DNA of 44,999 bases from an uncultured Gammaproteobacteria bacterium. Lineage in GTDB: Bacteria; Patescibacteriota; Patescibacteriia; UBA1558; GWA2-36-10. The stretch lies in contig CAYUER010000003.1 in the NCBI GenBank assembly GCA_964443785.1, positions 1-44,999 of the forward strand, given 5' to 3'. Both the position numbers and the translations under genes were made by a program. The notes beneath the pieces were generated by a model. It saw nothing but the letters and a program-made list of their open reading frames with translations. It did no database searches and was not told where the DNA came from. Below, piece after piece: positions 17,565 to 28,070 of this stretch; positions within the stretch are counted from its first letter, which is position 1; each line of letters opens with the position of its first letter.

Positions 17565-17628
17565 AAAGTTTTAAAGTTGAAAAGTTAACAAGTTGTAAAC
17601 TTGAGAACTTGCTAACTTGCGAACTTAA
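17565..17628. repeat. 8-nt-phased array of 4 x (A/C)AAGTT then 4 x NAACTT in the nusG-rplK spacer
   Basis: AAGTT cores start every 8 nt (units at 17565, 17573, 17581, 17589) and AACTT cores every 8 nt (units at 17597, 17605, 17613, 17621). The two halves are mutually complementary. A sister copy lies at 32776-32843. Confidence 0.7.
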
Positions 17629-17629
17629 T

Positions 17630-18175
17630 TTATACTTTCTTAATTTGTAAAAAATCCAATTCTACTGGCGTCTCGCGACCAAACATGGAGACCAGTACTT
17701 TGGCTTTGCCGCGTGCCTCATCAATATCAGACACTTTTCCTTCATAATCTTTGAATGGTCCATCAACAATTTTGACCAACTCACCAATCTCGATATCGAT
17801 TTTGTATTCTGGCTCTTCTTGACCCATGCGTTGCAACAGTGATTTCATCTCTTCGTCAGAAACTGGAGTCGGAGTAGTACCTGAGCCGACAAAACCGGTG
17901 ACATTTGGTGTATTACGCACTACATACCAAGAAGCGTCAGTCACGATCATATTGACCAAGACATAGCCAGGAAAAATCTTTTCTTTGATGGTCTTACGCT
18001 TGCCATTTTTGATTTTTATCTTGCTTTCAGTAGGAATCAAGATATCAAAAATCTTGTCCTCCATATCCATGGATTCTATCCTCTGGCGCAAATTTCTGGA
18101 TACATTTTCTTCGTAGCCAGAATAAGTATGCAAGACGTACCAGCGTCGACCTTGTTGGGCTGTTTGCTTTGGCAT
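17630..18175 (-). CDS. nusG: Transcription termination/antitermination factor NusG
   Basis: 181-aa ORF with an NGN domain (WYVLHTYSGYE) and a KOW motif (GELVKIVDGPFKDYEGKV). Confidence 0.95.
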   Translation of the reverse strand: MPKQTAQQGRRWYVLHTYSGYEENVSRNLRQRIESMDMEDKIFDILIPTESKIKIKNGKRKTIKEKIFPGYVLVNMIVTDASWYVVRNTPNVTGFVGSGTTPTPVSDEEMKSLLQRMGQEEPEYKIDIEIGELVKIVDGPFKDYEGKVSDIDEARGKAKVLVSMFGRETPVELDFLQIKKV

Positions 18176-18201
18176 AGGTATCTTAATTTAACCGGGTTAA
18201 T

Positions 18202-18387
18202 TTATTTAATCAAAACTAATTCTAAAATTTTACTCAAACCATAATCAGCGGCACCCAAAAATACAGCCACAATAACTGAAATCAAAATCACCACTAAAGT
18301 ATGATTGATGGTAGTTTGACGGCTGGGCCAAACTACTTTAGCCAATTCTTCCTTGGCTCCTTTGAAATAATCGCCTAATTTACTCAT
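18202..18387 (-). CDS. secE: Preprotein translocase subunit SecE
   Basis: 61-aa ORF with a single C-terminal TM helix, in the conserved position upstream of nusG. Confidence 0.85.
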   Translation of the reverse strand: MSKLGDYFKGAKEELAKVVWPSRQTTINHTLVVILISVIVAVFLGAADYGLSKILELVLIK

Positions 18388-18442
18388 ATGGGGAAAAAAT
18401 AAGTTCTTTAAAACAGCTTGGGAAGCTGTTTAATGTGCCATT

Positions 18443-18471
18443 AGTATATCATAAAGAAAAAGTTTTGGCAA
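18443..18471 (-). promoter_or_regulatory. Putative promoter of the secE-nusG-rplKA operon (TTGCCA-17 nt-TATACT)
   Basis: On the minus strand, TTGCCA (18471-18466), a 17-nt spacer, then TATACT (18448-18443). A 9-bp leader hairpin, AAACAGCTT-ccc-AAGCTGTTT, follows. Confidence 0.45.
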
Positions 18472-18537
18472 GAGCCCACAAATATTGGGTTTTTACCCCT
18501 TTCTAGCCAAATTTAGCCACCAAGAAAAGCTTGGTCT

Positions 18538-19233
18538 TTATTGTGTTTTCTGCAAATAAGCCAACAAATAATTCCTTTTGTACTTTTTTTCACCCAAGCG
18601 AGCGTAGCCTGATTTTTTAAAAATTTTTTTGATCATAAAAAAGTGACCATACATTTGCCGAAAATCCTGCTCACTAAAAACTCTTTCTGTGAGCTTGAGA
18701 TCCTTCATAAAATAAGTATCCTGCTCTAACCCTGGGCTTAATTTTAATAAATTTTTAGCATTTTTATCACCATCTTTGCACAAAGCTCTGACAAAAAAAT
18801 ACCCACCCTTTTGGAGAGTGCGATACACTTCTTGTAAATAAATCGCTCTTTCTTTTTCATTCAAAGAATTGGAAGACGTGATATCCAAAGCTAAATCAAA
18901 ATATCGATCAGTAAAAGGATAGCTGGAGCCAATATTTTTTTTGATATACCTAACATTTTTTTGAATACGCAAAATTGTAGCCCGCTCAAATGCTATTTTT
19001 ATAGCGGTATCAGATATTTCCAAGCCGACAACTTGATTGCCAAGCTCTGCCAAATAATTGGCATTACGACCAGTGCCCGAGCCCAGATCTAAAATTTTTA
19101 AATTGCTTAGCTCTAATTTCTCTTCTTTTTTTAAGTATTTCAAAAAACGCAAAGTATCATTTTGTGGTTCAGCTTTTTTGGTAACTAGTTTGGGATCTTG
19201 GTACTCCTCTTCCCAAGTAGCAAATTGCGGCAT
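18538..19233 (-). CDS. Class I SAM-dependent methyltransferase
   Basis: 231-aa ORF with motif I ILDLGSGTGRNANYLA, an acidic post-I residue (GLEISD), and LQKGGYFFV. Confidence 0.8.
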   Translation of the reverse strand: MPQFATWEEEYQDPKLVTKKAEPQNDTLRFLKYLKKEEKLELSNLKILDLGSGTGRNANYLAELGNQVVGLEISDTAIKIAFERATILRIQKNVRYIKKNIGSSYPFTDRYFDLALDITSSNSLNEKERAIYLQEVYRTLQKGGYFFVRALCKDGDKNAKNLLKLSPGLEQDTYFMKDLKLTERVFSEQDFRQMYGHFFMIKKIFKKSGYARLGEKKYKRNYLLAYLQKTQ

Positions 19234-19237
19234 TTAT

Positions 19238-21013
19238 TTATTTCTTTAAAAATATACGCCAATTATTTTTATGATACACTTCTTGCCAATCTTGTGTGCT
19301 GATATTTTTTTTGGGCAAATGAATGACCAAATCTTCACCGCCATTGGGATATCGGTCTGCCCAAAAAAATAAAGAAAAATATCCATCATTATTATCAGCT
19401 TGATCATCATACAAAAGCAAGCTATCAATGCGCGGCTCTTTACCTTGATTGATAATATTCATAAAATCTACAGGACTTTGGGCTTCAGACATTGCCCTGA
19501 CTTCAGCTAGACGCTGACTATACTGCACAGCCTGGTGACTAAAATGCGGACTAAAAGCAATATAATAAGACAAAGGTAAATAAGCATTGAGATTGGCTGT
19601 GCCACTAGTCAGCCAGGTGCGTGATTGATAATCAGGTACAGCTTGCCTAATATCATCAGCTAATTTTGGCGCCCTACTATCTGCCTGCAAATCTTTTTCA
19701 ATCTGTCTAATAATCACTGGGTCATCGAGCCAACGAACCAAAGGAAGCTGCGAAAAAAGCATGATCAAAATAATGACCAGCAAAATATTCGATTGCTGAC
19801 TGTGTCTTTTTTTAATGAGATCAAAAACATACAAAGACATCATAGTCAAACCCACGGCCAAACTAGCTCCCCCCAAAAACATAAAAGGTTTGTAGGCTTG
19901 CACTGGATGATAGCCGACTAAATATAAAACTACGCTAAACAATTGATAAAAATACGAAAATATTAAAACCCCCGCTATATTTTTGATAGCTATATTTTTT
20001 TGATAAAAATATACTAAACCCACTACTCCCCCTAACAACAATAAACCTCTCCAAGAAACACTAGACCAAGGAATAAAGGTAAATAAATCAGAAAAAATAA
20101 AAAATTTAGCCTGCCAATTTTCTATACCGTATTTGAAAAAAGATAATAGCAAGGGTAGCCAAAAAATAGCCGATACCAGAACCATCAATAGACCATTGAT
20201 AAAAAACTTTTTAAGCTGATTTTTTTTATCTTGAGCTAATAAAGCTGTGCAAAAAAGAAAAGGCAATAAAATAAACCACCAAAAATAAAACAACAAAAAC
20301 AACAAACCAGCGCTAATACCTAAAAATAAATAATATTTTTTATCCCAGTGCTTGACGGTCGATAGGGCTGACCAAAAAATCAACCAAATAACCGACAACA
20401 AGGCAGCCAAGGCTTCGTAGGGCTTGAGTAACAAAGCATCAAAATCAGTGATCAATAATAAAAAAATAGGTAATAAAGCAGCAAAGTAAGGATGGCTAAT
20501 GATCGGTAATTTCTCTTGATTGGCTGGAAAAATTTTTGACCAAAATAATCTCTGCCAATAATAAGTACCCCAAAACCAAAGAATGAGAGTACCCATGATA
20601 CCAATTTTAGCAGCAGCTATACCACTATGCACGAAAAATTTAGCAGCCAAGCCAGTCACCCAAAAATACAGGGGCGGATAAAAATTGGGTAGCCAATGAT
20701 AATAAAAATCTTTACTTGCATCACCAAACATCACGTGACCCAAATAGCCAGACACTAAAAGCTCATCGCCAACTGTGCCCCACCACATGCTTTTTAAGTC
20801 CTTGGCCAAAACAACATAAAACAAAACAATCAAGCCACCAAAAATACTCAAAAAATAAATTGGTCTATATTTGCGCCAATAACCAATAGCAAAAAACAAA
20901 ACAAAAATAGCTAGCAAAAATTTACTCAAAGCTAAAATATTTAAAGTATTCAGACTAATAATCTGTTCCATTTTTGAGGTAAAAAACATGAACTTGAAAT
21001 AAATCAAATTCAT
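19238..21013 (-). CDS. Large polytopic membrane protein, possibly a GT-C-type glycosyltransferase, with a soluble C-terminal domain of about 150 aa
   Basis: 591-aa ORF with more than 12 hydrophobic segments rich in aromatic residues, followed by a hydrophilic C-terminal domain. The functional call rests on architecture only. Confidence 0.45.
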   Translation of the reverse strand: MNLIYFKFMFFTSKMEQIISLNTLNILALSKFLLAIFVLFFAIGYWRKYRPIYFLSIFGGLIVLFYVVLAKDLKSMWWGTVGDELLVSGYLGHVMFGDASKDFYYHWLPNFYPPLYFWVTGLAAKFFVHSGIAAAKIGIMGTLILWFWGTYYWQRLFWSKIFPANQEKLPIISHPYFAALLPIFLLLITDFDALLLKPYEALAALLSVIWLIFWSALSTVKHWDKKYYLFLGISAGLLFLLFYFWWFILLPFLFCTALLAQDKKNQLKKFFINGLLMVLVSAIFWLPLLLSFFKYGIENWQAKFFIFSDLFTFIPWSSVSWRGLLLLGGVVGLVYFYQKNIAIKNIAGVLIFSYFYQLFSVVLYLVGYHPVQAYKPFMFLGGASLAVGLTMMSLYVFDLIKKRHSQQSNILLVIILIMLFSQLPLVRWLDDPVIIRQIEKDLQADSRAPKLADDIRQAVPDYQSRTWLTSGTANLNAYLPLSYYIAFSPHFSHQAVQYSQRLAEVRAMSEAQSPVDFMNIINQGKEPRIDSLLLYDDQADNNDGYFSLFFWADRYPNGGEDLVIHLPKKNISTQDWQEVYHKNNWRIFLKK

Positions 21014-21023
21014 GTTAGATATA

Positions 21024-21689
21024 TTATTTGATTATAATACTTTGATAAAAAATTTCAAATTTGTCATCTTTGACAGCTCCATTGCTAATCTGATAAATCG
21101 TTTTGTCTTTGGCAATCATCACTGTCTCACTATACCACTCTGGAATAGTAGCTGTGGTTACTAAAACTTTAGTAGCCGGCAATCCATTGACAGTAATTTT
21201 TGCTTTTTCTACTTTTCTGTCAGTAAACTGCTTTCCAATATCAGTAATCAGCTTGTCTACTGTAGTATCTGAGCTTTTATCAACAAGGATACCCCACAAA
21301 GCATCCTCTCCCATAGTAGGTGGAGTCAAACTAATACCAGAAACCTCACCCACCTGATCACTGACAGTATCCTCGATCTTCCAACCTTTAGGATAAAAAA
21401 ATGAAAGATTATAATTAGTGCTTGTATAATTTACCCATTCTTGCGGGGCATTTTCATCCTGCTTAGTCTGTTCTTCTAGTTTTTTCTGCTCTTCATTTAA
21501 CTTTTGCTCCAATTCACTGGCTTTGTTTTTGGCTTCTTCTGCTTGCTTAGCTACTTCCAAGACCTTATCATCGCCCTGCTTTTTTTGCCAGGAATAGGTC
21601 AATCCGCCAGCTACTAGTGCAGTAACCACTACCGCCACCATGATACCTACTACTACATTACCAGAGCGATCCATTAAATTTAATTTCAT
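21024..21689 (-). CDS. Membrane-anchored hypothetical protein (N-terminal TM helix, Lys/Glu coiled-coil, C-terminal beta-rich domain)
   Basis: 221-aa ORF containing a TM helix (VVVGIMVAVVVTALVAGGL), a KQAEEAKNKASELEQKLNEEQKKLEEQ coiled-coil segment, then W.NY.S..Y.LSFFYPKGW. Confidence 0.6.
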   Translation of the reverse strand: MKLNLMDRSGNVVVGIMVAVVVTALVAGGLTYSWQKKQGDDKVLEVAKQAEEAKNKASELEQKLNEEQKKLEEQTKQDENAPQEWVNYTSTNYNLSFFYPKGWKIEDTVSDQVGEVSGISLTPPTMGEDALWGILVDKSSDTTVDKLITDIGKQFTDRKVEKAKITVNGLPATKVLVTTATIPEWYSETVMIAKDKTIYQISNGAVKDDKFEIFYQSIIIK

Positions 21690-21715
21690 CTCATTAAAAA
21701 TTTAGTTTATTAATA

Positions 21716-23746
<2,031 letters not shown>

Positions 23747-23803
23747 TTAAAATTTTGGCCAAATAATGGCTATATAACTACTAGTATTTTAGCATAAAAT
23801 GCC

Positions 23804-23829
23804 AAAAAAAACAACCACAAAATGGTCGT
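23804..23829 (-). terminator. Probable intrinsic terminator after pheT
   Basis: The minus-strand RNA forms a 7-bp stem (one G-U pair), ACGACCA-uuuug-UGGUUGU, followed by U7. Confidence 0.45.
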
Positions 23830-23880
23830 TTTTTACTCTTATTTTTAGGCTAATATTAGCTAAATATTACCGCAAAAATA

Positions 23881-26307
23881 CTAACGCAATTTTGCTGCGA
23901 ACTTACTAAGCAAAACTGCCAAAATATCAGCCATAATCTTATCGACATCTTCCGTCAGTAGTGTGCGATCATCACTACGAAACTCCAGGTGAAAAGCAAT
24001 TGATTTTTTGTCATCCCCTATTTCCTTACCCATAAAAACATCAAAGGGATCAATATTTTTGATCAAAGCCGAAGTTTTGTAAATATTTTGCACAATATCT
24101 TGCCATTGGATCTTTTTGTCCACCACAATGGCCATGTCTCTATTGACACTAGGAAATTTTGGCAGCAGTTGATATTTTTTGCTTTGACTAATATGTTTGA
24201 TTATTTTAGAAAAATCTAAATCCCAAAAACCAAGAACTGTATTTTTTTTGTGACTAGCCCACAAATCTTTTTTCAAAATACCAAAATAACCCATAGCATC
24301 ACCCTCGACTATGACTGAATGCGCAAAAGTTGCGTAGGGTAAATTGAGGGCTACAAAATCCATCTTTAATCCCCAATATTCAGCAGCTGATTGTAATAAA
24401 CCCTTAATTTCAAAAAAGACTTTTTCTGAATTTCCACTAGACACTTGTATGCCTGTCAAATGTTTTGATTGTTGTGGTAAATATTTTTTATGACTCTGGT
24501 CAACATAATAATGACTCTTCTCATTTTTTTCAAATACTCTTTGTAGCTCAAAAATTTGAAAATTATCATACCAACGACTATTGTCAGCTGCTATGTTCAA
24601 TAAATTTGGCAACAAAGATGTATTTAAATAAGCCTGCTCTGGGCTGATGGCATTTTTTACTTTGATATGTTTGGACATATCAAAAGCCAAAAGATTAGCC
24701 CAAATTTGATTGGTAAAGGGATAAGAATAAACTTCATTGTAGCCCTGAGAATAGGCCAGCCATTGTTTGATATCCCTTTCGGCTTGGACCCTGATATCAA
24801 TAATCGGCTCCTTCATCTCAAGCTTGGGCAACTGCAAGGGAATTTTGTCATAGCCATAAATACGCGCTACCTCCTCGACAATATCTTCTGGAATAGAAAT
24901 ATCTTTAGTCGCCCTAAAACTAGGCACTTGGATAGTATATTTACCTTTTTTATTATTGACCTCAAATTGCAATCTTTTTAAAATATCAATAATTTCTTTG
25001 CTCGGTATAGTTACGCCAAAACGATCATTGATCAACGTCTCACTCACTTCCAAAGTAATCTTGGGAAAAGGATTGTTGTTGACATCAGCTACCTCACTAC
25101 GCACTCGAGCTTCTGGGCAAACTTTTAGCAAAAGTTCTACCGCCTTGTCTAGTGCCACTAGTGTCATTTCTGGATCCAAAGATTTTTCAAAGCGAGCGCT
25201 ACTTTCGCTACGCAAATTCAAAAATTGAGAAGCTTGTCTAATGGTAGCGGCTTTAAAATTGGCCGATTCAAACAATACTTCGGTAGTATCTGAGCTAATC
25301 TCACTATTTTGTCCGCCCATGATGCCGGCGATGGCTAAATATTTTTTGCCATCACCAATCATCAAAACTTTTTCTGACAGCTTGCGTTTTATCCCATCCA
25401 AACTAATGAATTTCTCAGACTTCTTGGCTGAGCTGACTACTATATTGTGACCACTGAGCTGCTTGGCATCAAAAGCATGCAAGGGCTGACCCAATTCATA
25501 CATAACATAGTTGGTAATATCAACTACATTATTGATTGGACGAAGACCGACTGATTGCAATCTGACTTTGAGCCACCAAGGAGATTCGGCTACTTTGACA
25601 TTATCCAGCAAGACAGCACTATACCTATGACAATCTTTATTTTGAATATTGACTTTAATTTTGACTTTATTTTCACCTTTGATCGGAGTATGTTGATAAG
25701 GAGCAAGCTTGAGCTTGTAAATAGCTGCCAATTCTCGAGCCAAACCATATTGACCCCACAAATCTGGCCGATGATTCATGGATTTGTTATCAATATCCAT
25801 AATAATATCATCGAGTCCCAAAAGTTGACTCAATTCTTGACCTGGTTTACCAGGAAAAGCAGACAAATCTAAAATTTCTCTTTCTGATGATTGATTGAAT
25901 AAATTGGCAATACCTATCTCCGGCACAGAAACTATCATGCCCTGACTCTCGACACCACGTATCTTAGCTGGTGCTAGCTCTACCCACTCACCTTGACCAT
26001 GCCACTTCACACGACTACCCACAGTAGCTACAGCTACCAGCATGCCTTTACTCAAATTAGTACCGCCACAAACTATTTGTTCGGTGCTTTTACCAATATT
26101 AACTTGGCAGACTTGCAATAAATCAGCTTGTGGATGTTTGGCTAATTCTACTATCTGACCAACTACAATGCCTTTGAGTTGTTCGGCCTGCAGAGTAATA
26201 CCTTCCACTTCGACTGTAGACATAGTCAAAGCCAACTCTAGTTCTTTTGGACTAAGATTACTTGGAAGTTTTAACCAATTTTTTACCCAATTTAATGAAA
26301 GATACAT
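23881..26307 (-). CDS. pheT: Phenylalanine--tRNA ligase beta subunit
   Basis: 808-aa ORF with an N-terminal tRNA-binding domain, B3/4 and B5 regions and a C-terminal FDX-ACB-like domain. Its start lies 1 nt after the pheS stop. Confidence 0.95.
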   Translation of the reverse strand: MYLSLNWVKNWLKLPSNLSPKELELALTMSTVEVEGITLQAEQLKGIVVGQIVELAKHPQADLLQVCQVNIGKSTEQIVCGGTNLSKGMLVAVATVGSRVKWHGQGEWVELAPAKIRGVESQGMIVSVPEIGIANLFNQSSEREILDLSAFPGKPGQELSQLLGLDDIIMDIDNKSMNHRPDLWGQYGLARELAAIYKLKLAPYQHTPIKGENKVKIKVNIQNKDCHRYSAVLLDNVKVAESPWWLKVRLQSVGLRPINNVVDITNYVMYELGQPLHAFDAKQLSGHNIVVSSAKKSEKFISLDGIKRKLSEKVLMIGDGKKYLAIAGIMGGQNSEISSDTTEVLFESANFKAATIRQASQFLNLRSESSARFEKSLDPEMTLVALDKAVELLLKVCPEARVRSEVADVNNNPFPKITLEVSETLINDRFGVTIPSKEIIDILKRLQFEVNNKKGKYTIQVPSFRATKDISIPEDIVEEVARIYGYDKIPLQLPKLEMKEPIIDIRVQAERDIKQWLAYSQGYNEVYSYPFTNQIWANLLAFDMSKHIKVKNAISPEQAYLNTSLLPNLLNIAADNSRWYDNFQIFELQRVFEKNEKSHYYVDQSHKKYLPQQSKHLTGIQVSSGNSEKVFFEIKGLLQSAAEYWGLKMDFVALNLPYATFAHSVIVEGDAMGYFGILKKDLWASHKKNTVLGFWDLDFSKIIKHISQSKKYQLLPKFPSVNRDMAIVVDKKIQWQDIVQNIYKTSALIKNIDPFDVFMGKEIGDDKKSIAFHLEFRSDDRTLLTEDVDKIMADILAVLLSKFAAKLR

Positions 26308-26308
26308 A

Positions 26309-27316
26309 TTAAAACTGTTTTAAAAATCTTAAATCACCAGACTGTAGTAAACGAATGTCATTCACCTTGTACTTCATCATTACTAATCTCGTGAGACCCA
26401 AGCCAAAAGCAAAACCAGAGTATACTTTTGGGTCGACGTTGCCATTTTCCAAAACCTTGGGATGCACCATACCACAAGGCATGAGCTCTACCCAACCAGA
26501 TTGTTTACAAACTGAGCAACCATTACCTTCACACACCAAACATTTTATGTCTAGCTCAAAGCCAGGCTCGACAAAAGGAAAAAATCCTGGACGCAAACGG
26601 ACCGTCACTTCTGTCTGAAAAACCACCGACAACAATGACTTCATGACAGCAATCACATTACCAATATTGATGCCTTTATCAACTAGTAACCCTTCCATCT
26701 GATAAAAAGTGTGCTCATGAGAGGCATCGGTCGATTCATTGCGAAACACTCTCCCTGGAAAAATACCACGAAATGGAGCGCCATATTTTTCAAGCATCCT
26801 GACTTGAAGATTGGATGTCTGCGTGCGCAATAGATGACCGTCGTCCAACCAAAAAGTATCCTGTGTATCACGAGCTGGGTGATCATCGGGGATATTGAGA
26901 GCTGTAAAATTATAAAAATCCGATTCCAGCTGCGGACCATCAAAAACTACAAAACCCATTTGAGCAAAAGCGCTTTCAATTTCGCGCTGAACCAAAGTAT
27001 TGGGATGCAGGTGTCCTACTTCTCGTCTCAAGCCTGGCAAAGTCGGATCAAAGTATAACTCTGCTTGATCATCGCTACTGAGTCCGCGTTCCAATTTTTC
27101 AAAAATATTGACTAGCTCATTTTTTACTTCATTGGCAATCTGACCAATCACTGGACGCTCTTCGATGGCGATATTTTTGATATCTTTCAATAAATCTGCC
27201 AGCTCGCCCTTGCGACCTAAATATTTATTTTTCAAATCAGCCAAAACCTGACTATCCTTGATATCACCCAATTCATCCTTAGCTTGATTTAATAATTTTT
27301 TTAATTTAGCTTCCAT
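26309..27316 (-). CDS. pheS: Phenylalanine--tRNA ligase alpha subunit
   Basis: 335-aa ORF with class II motifs (FRNESTDASHEHTFYQMEG, GFAFGLGLTRL). Confidence 0.95.
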   Translation of the reverse strand: MEAKLKKLLNQAKDELGDIKDSQVLADLKNKYLGRKGELADLLKDIKNIAIEERPVIGQIANEVKNELVNIFEKLERGLSSDDQAELYFDPTLPGLRREVGHLHPNTLVQREIESAFAQMGFVVFDGPQLESDFYNFTALNIPDDHPARDTQDTFWLDDGHLLRTQTSNLQVRMLEKYGAPFRGIFPGRVFRNESTDASHEHTFYQMEGLLVDKGINIGNVIAVMKSLLSVVFQTEVTVRLRPGFFPFVEPGFELDIKCLVCEGNGCSVCKQSGWVELMPCGMVHPKVLENGNVDPKVYSGFAFGLGLTRLVMMKYKVNDIRLLQSGDLRFLKQF

Positions 27317-27326
27317 ATAAATATAT

Positions 27327-27728
27327 TTATGATTGAAAATTATCTGATTGATTGTGCTTGAATAATAAAAGTAAAAATTCCAAAGCGGCCGCAGCCAATA
27401 TCAGCAAAGACATATTCCACCAAGTCAAAATACGGATGGATTGTAAGAGCAAAGTCACTACCAAAGCGGCCGCGACAATGATCGCCTGACGAAATGACTC
27501 ACTCACTACATCACGCAAAATCATACGTTTGCGCACAAAAAATAAACGCACCACAAAACCAATGATTGCCAGACTACCAGAAACCGCTAAAAACAAAGCT
27601 ACATAAAAAAGTAAAAATATCACCCAATTGGCTTCTTGGGGGTTAAAATTAAAAATAATAGTAAAAAAACCCACCCAAGCAACGATGGTGGCTAGACCCA
27701 TGATAATACTATAATTTTTGGCAGTCAT
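27327..27728 (-). CDS. Small hypothetical membrane protein (4 predicted TM helices)
   Basis: 133-aa hydrophobic ORF, tightly packed between pheS and the DUF721-like gene. Confidence 0.6.
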   Translation of the reverse strand: MTAKNYSIIMGLATIVAWVGFFTIIFNFNPQEANWVIFLLFYVALFLAVSGSLAIIGFVVRLFFVRKRMILRDVVSESFRQAIIVAAALVVTLLLQSIRILTWWNMSLLILAAAALEFLLLLFKHNQSDNFQS

Positions 27729-27769
27729 TTGAGTATATTTTACACAAAATCAACAGAAAAATCAATGTT

Positions 27770-28066
27770 CTATTTCAAGAGGATTAGGTCATGGATAATC
27801 TCTTTGCCTAGCAAAGTATTCAAGCTGTATACAAAATCTTTTTCTCGAGTCTCTAGATAAAAAGCCATGTCTTTATCTAAAACTGCCACTACCACTGATG
27901 AACCCTGGATATAAACCGCTCTCCCCTTGCTAGCTGACTGCTCACCAAACCATTGTTCCAATATACTATTAGCACCATCAACAATAGCTGACTGAAATAT
28001 TTTTTGTTCCAATCCGCTTTTTTTGATACGTTTATTTGCTAAATCTTTGAAGCTGTGCCAAGGCAT
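27770..28066 (-). CDS. DUF721/DciA-like protein
   Basis: 98-aa ORF whose pattern W.G......G.AV.IQGSSVVVAV......YLE.....V.SLN.LLGKE.I.D fits the DUF721 profile shape. The call is by pattern only. Confidence 0.5.
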   Translation of the reverse strand: MPWHSFKDLANKRIKKSGLEQKIFQSAIVDGANSILEQWFGEQSASKGRAVYIQGSSVVVAVLDKDMAFYLETREKDFVYSLNTLLGKEIIHDLILLK

Positions 28067-28070
28067 ATTT

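Noticed and set aside
27381-27473. Repeated 12-mer CAAAGCGGCCGC (NotI site) at 27381-27392 and 27462-27473.
   Set aside because: Both copies lie in frame inside the small membrane-protein gene and encode Ala-rich TM segments. There are only two copies and no array structure.
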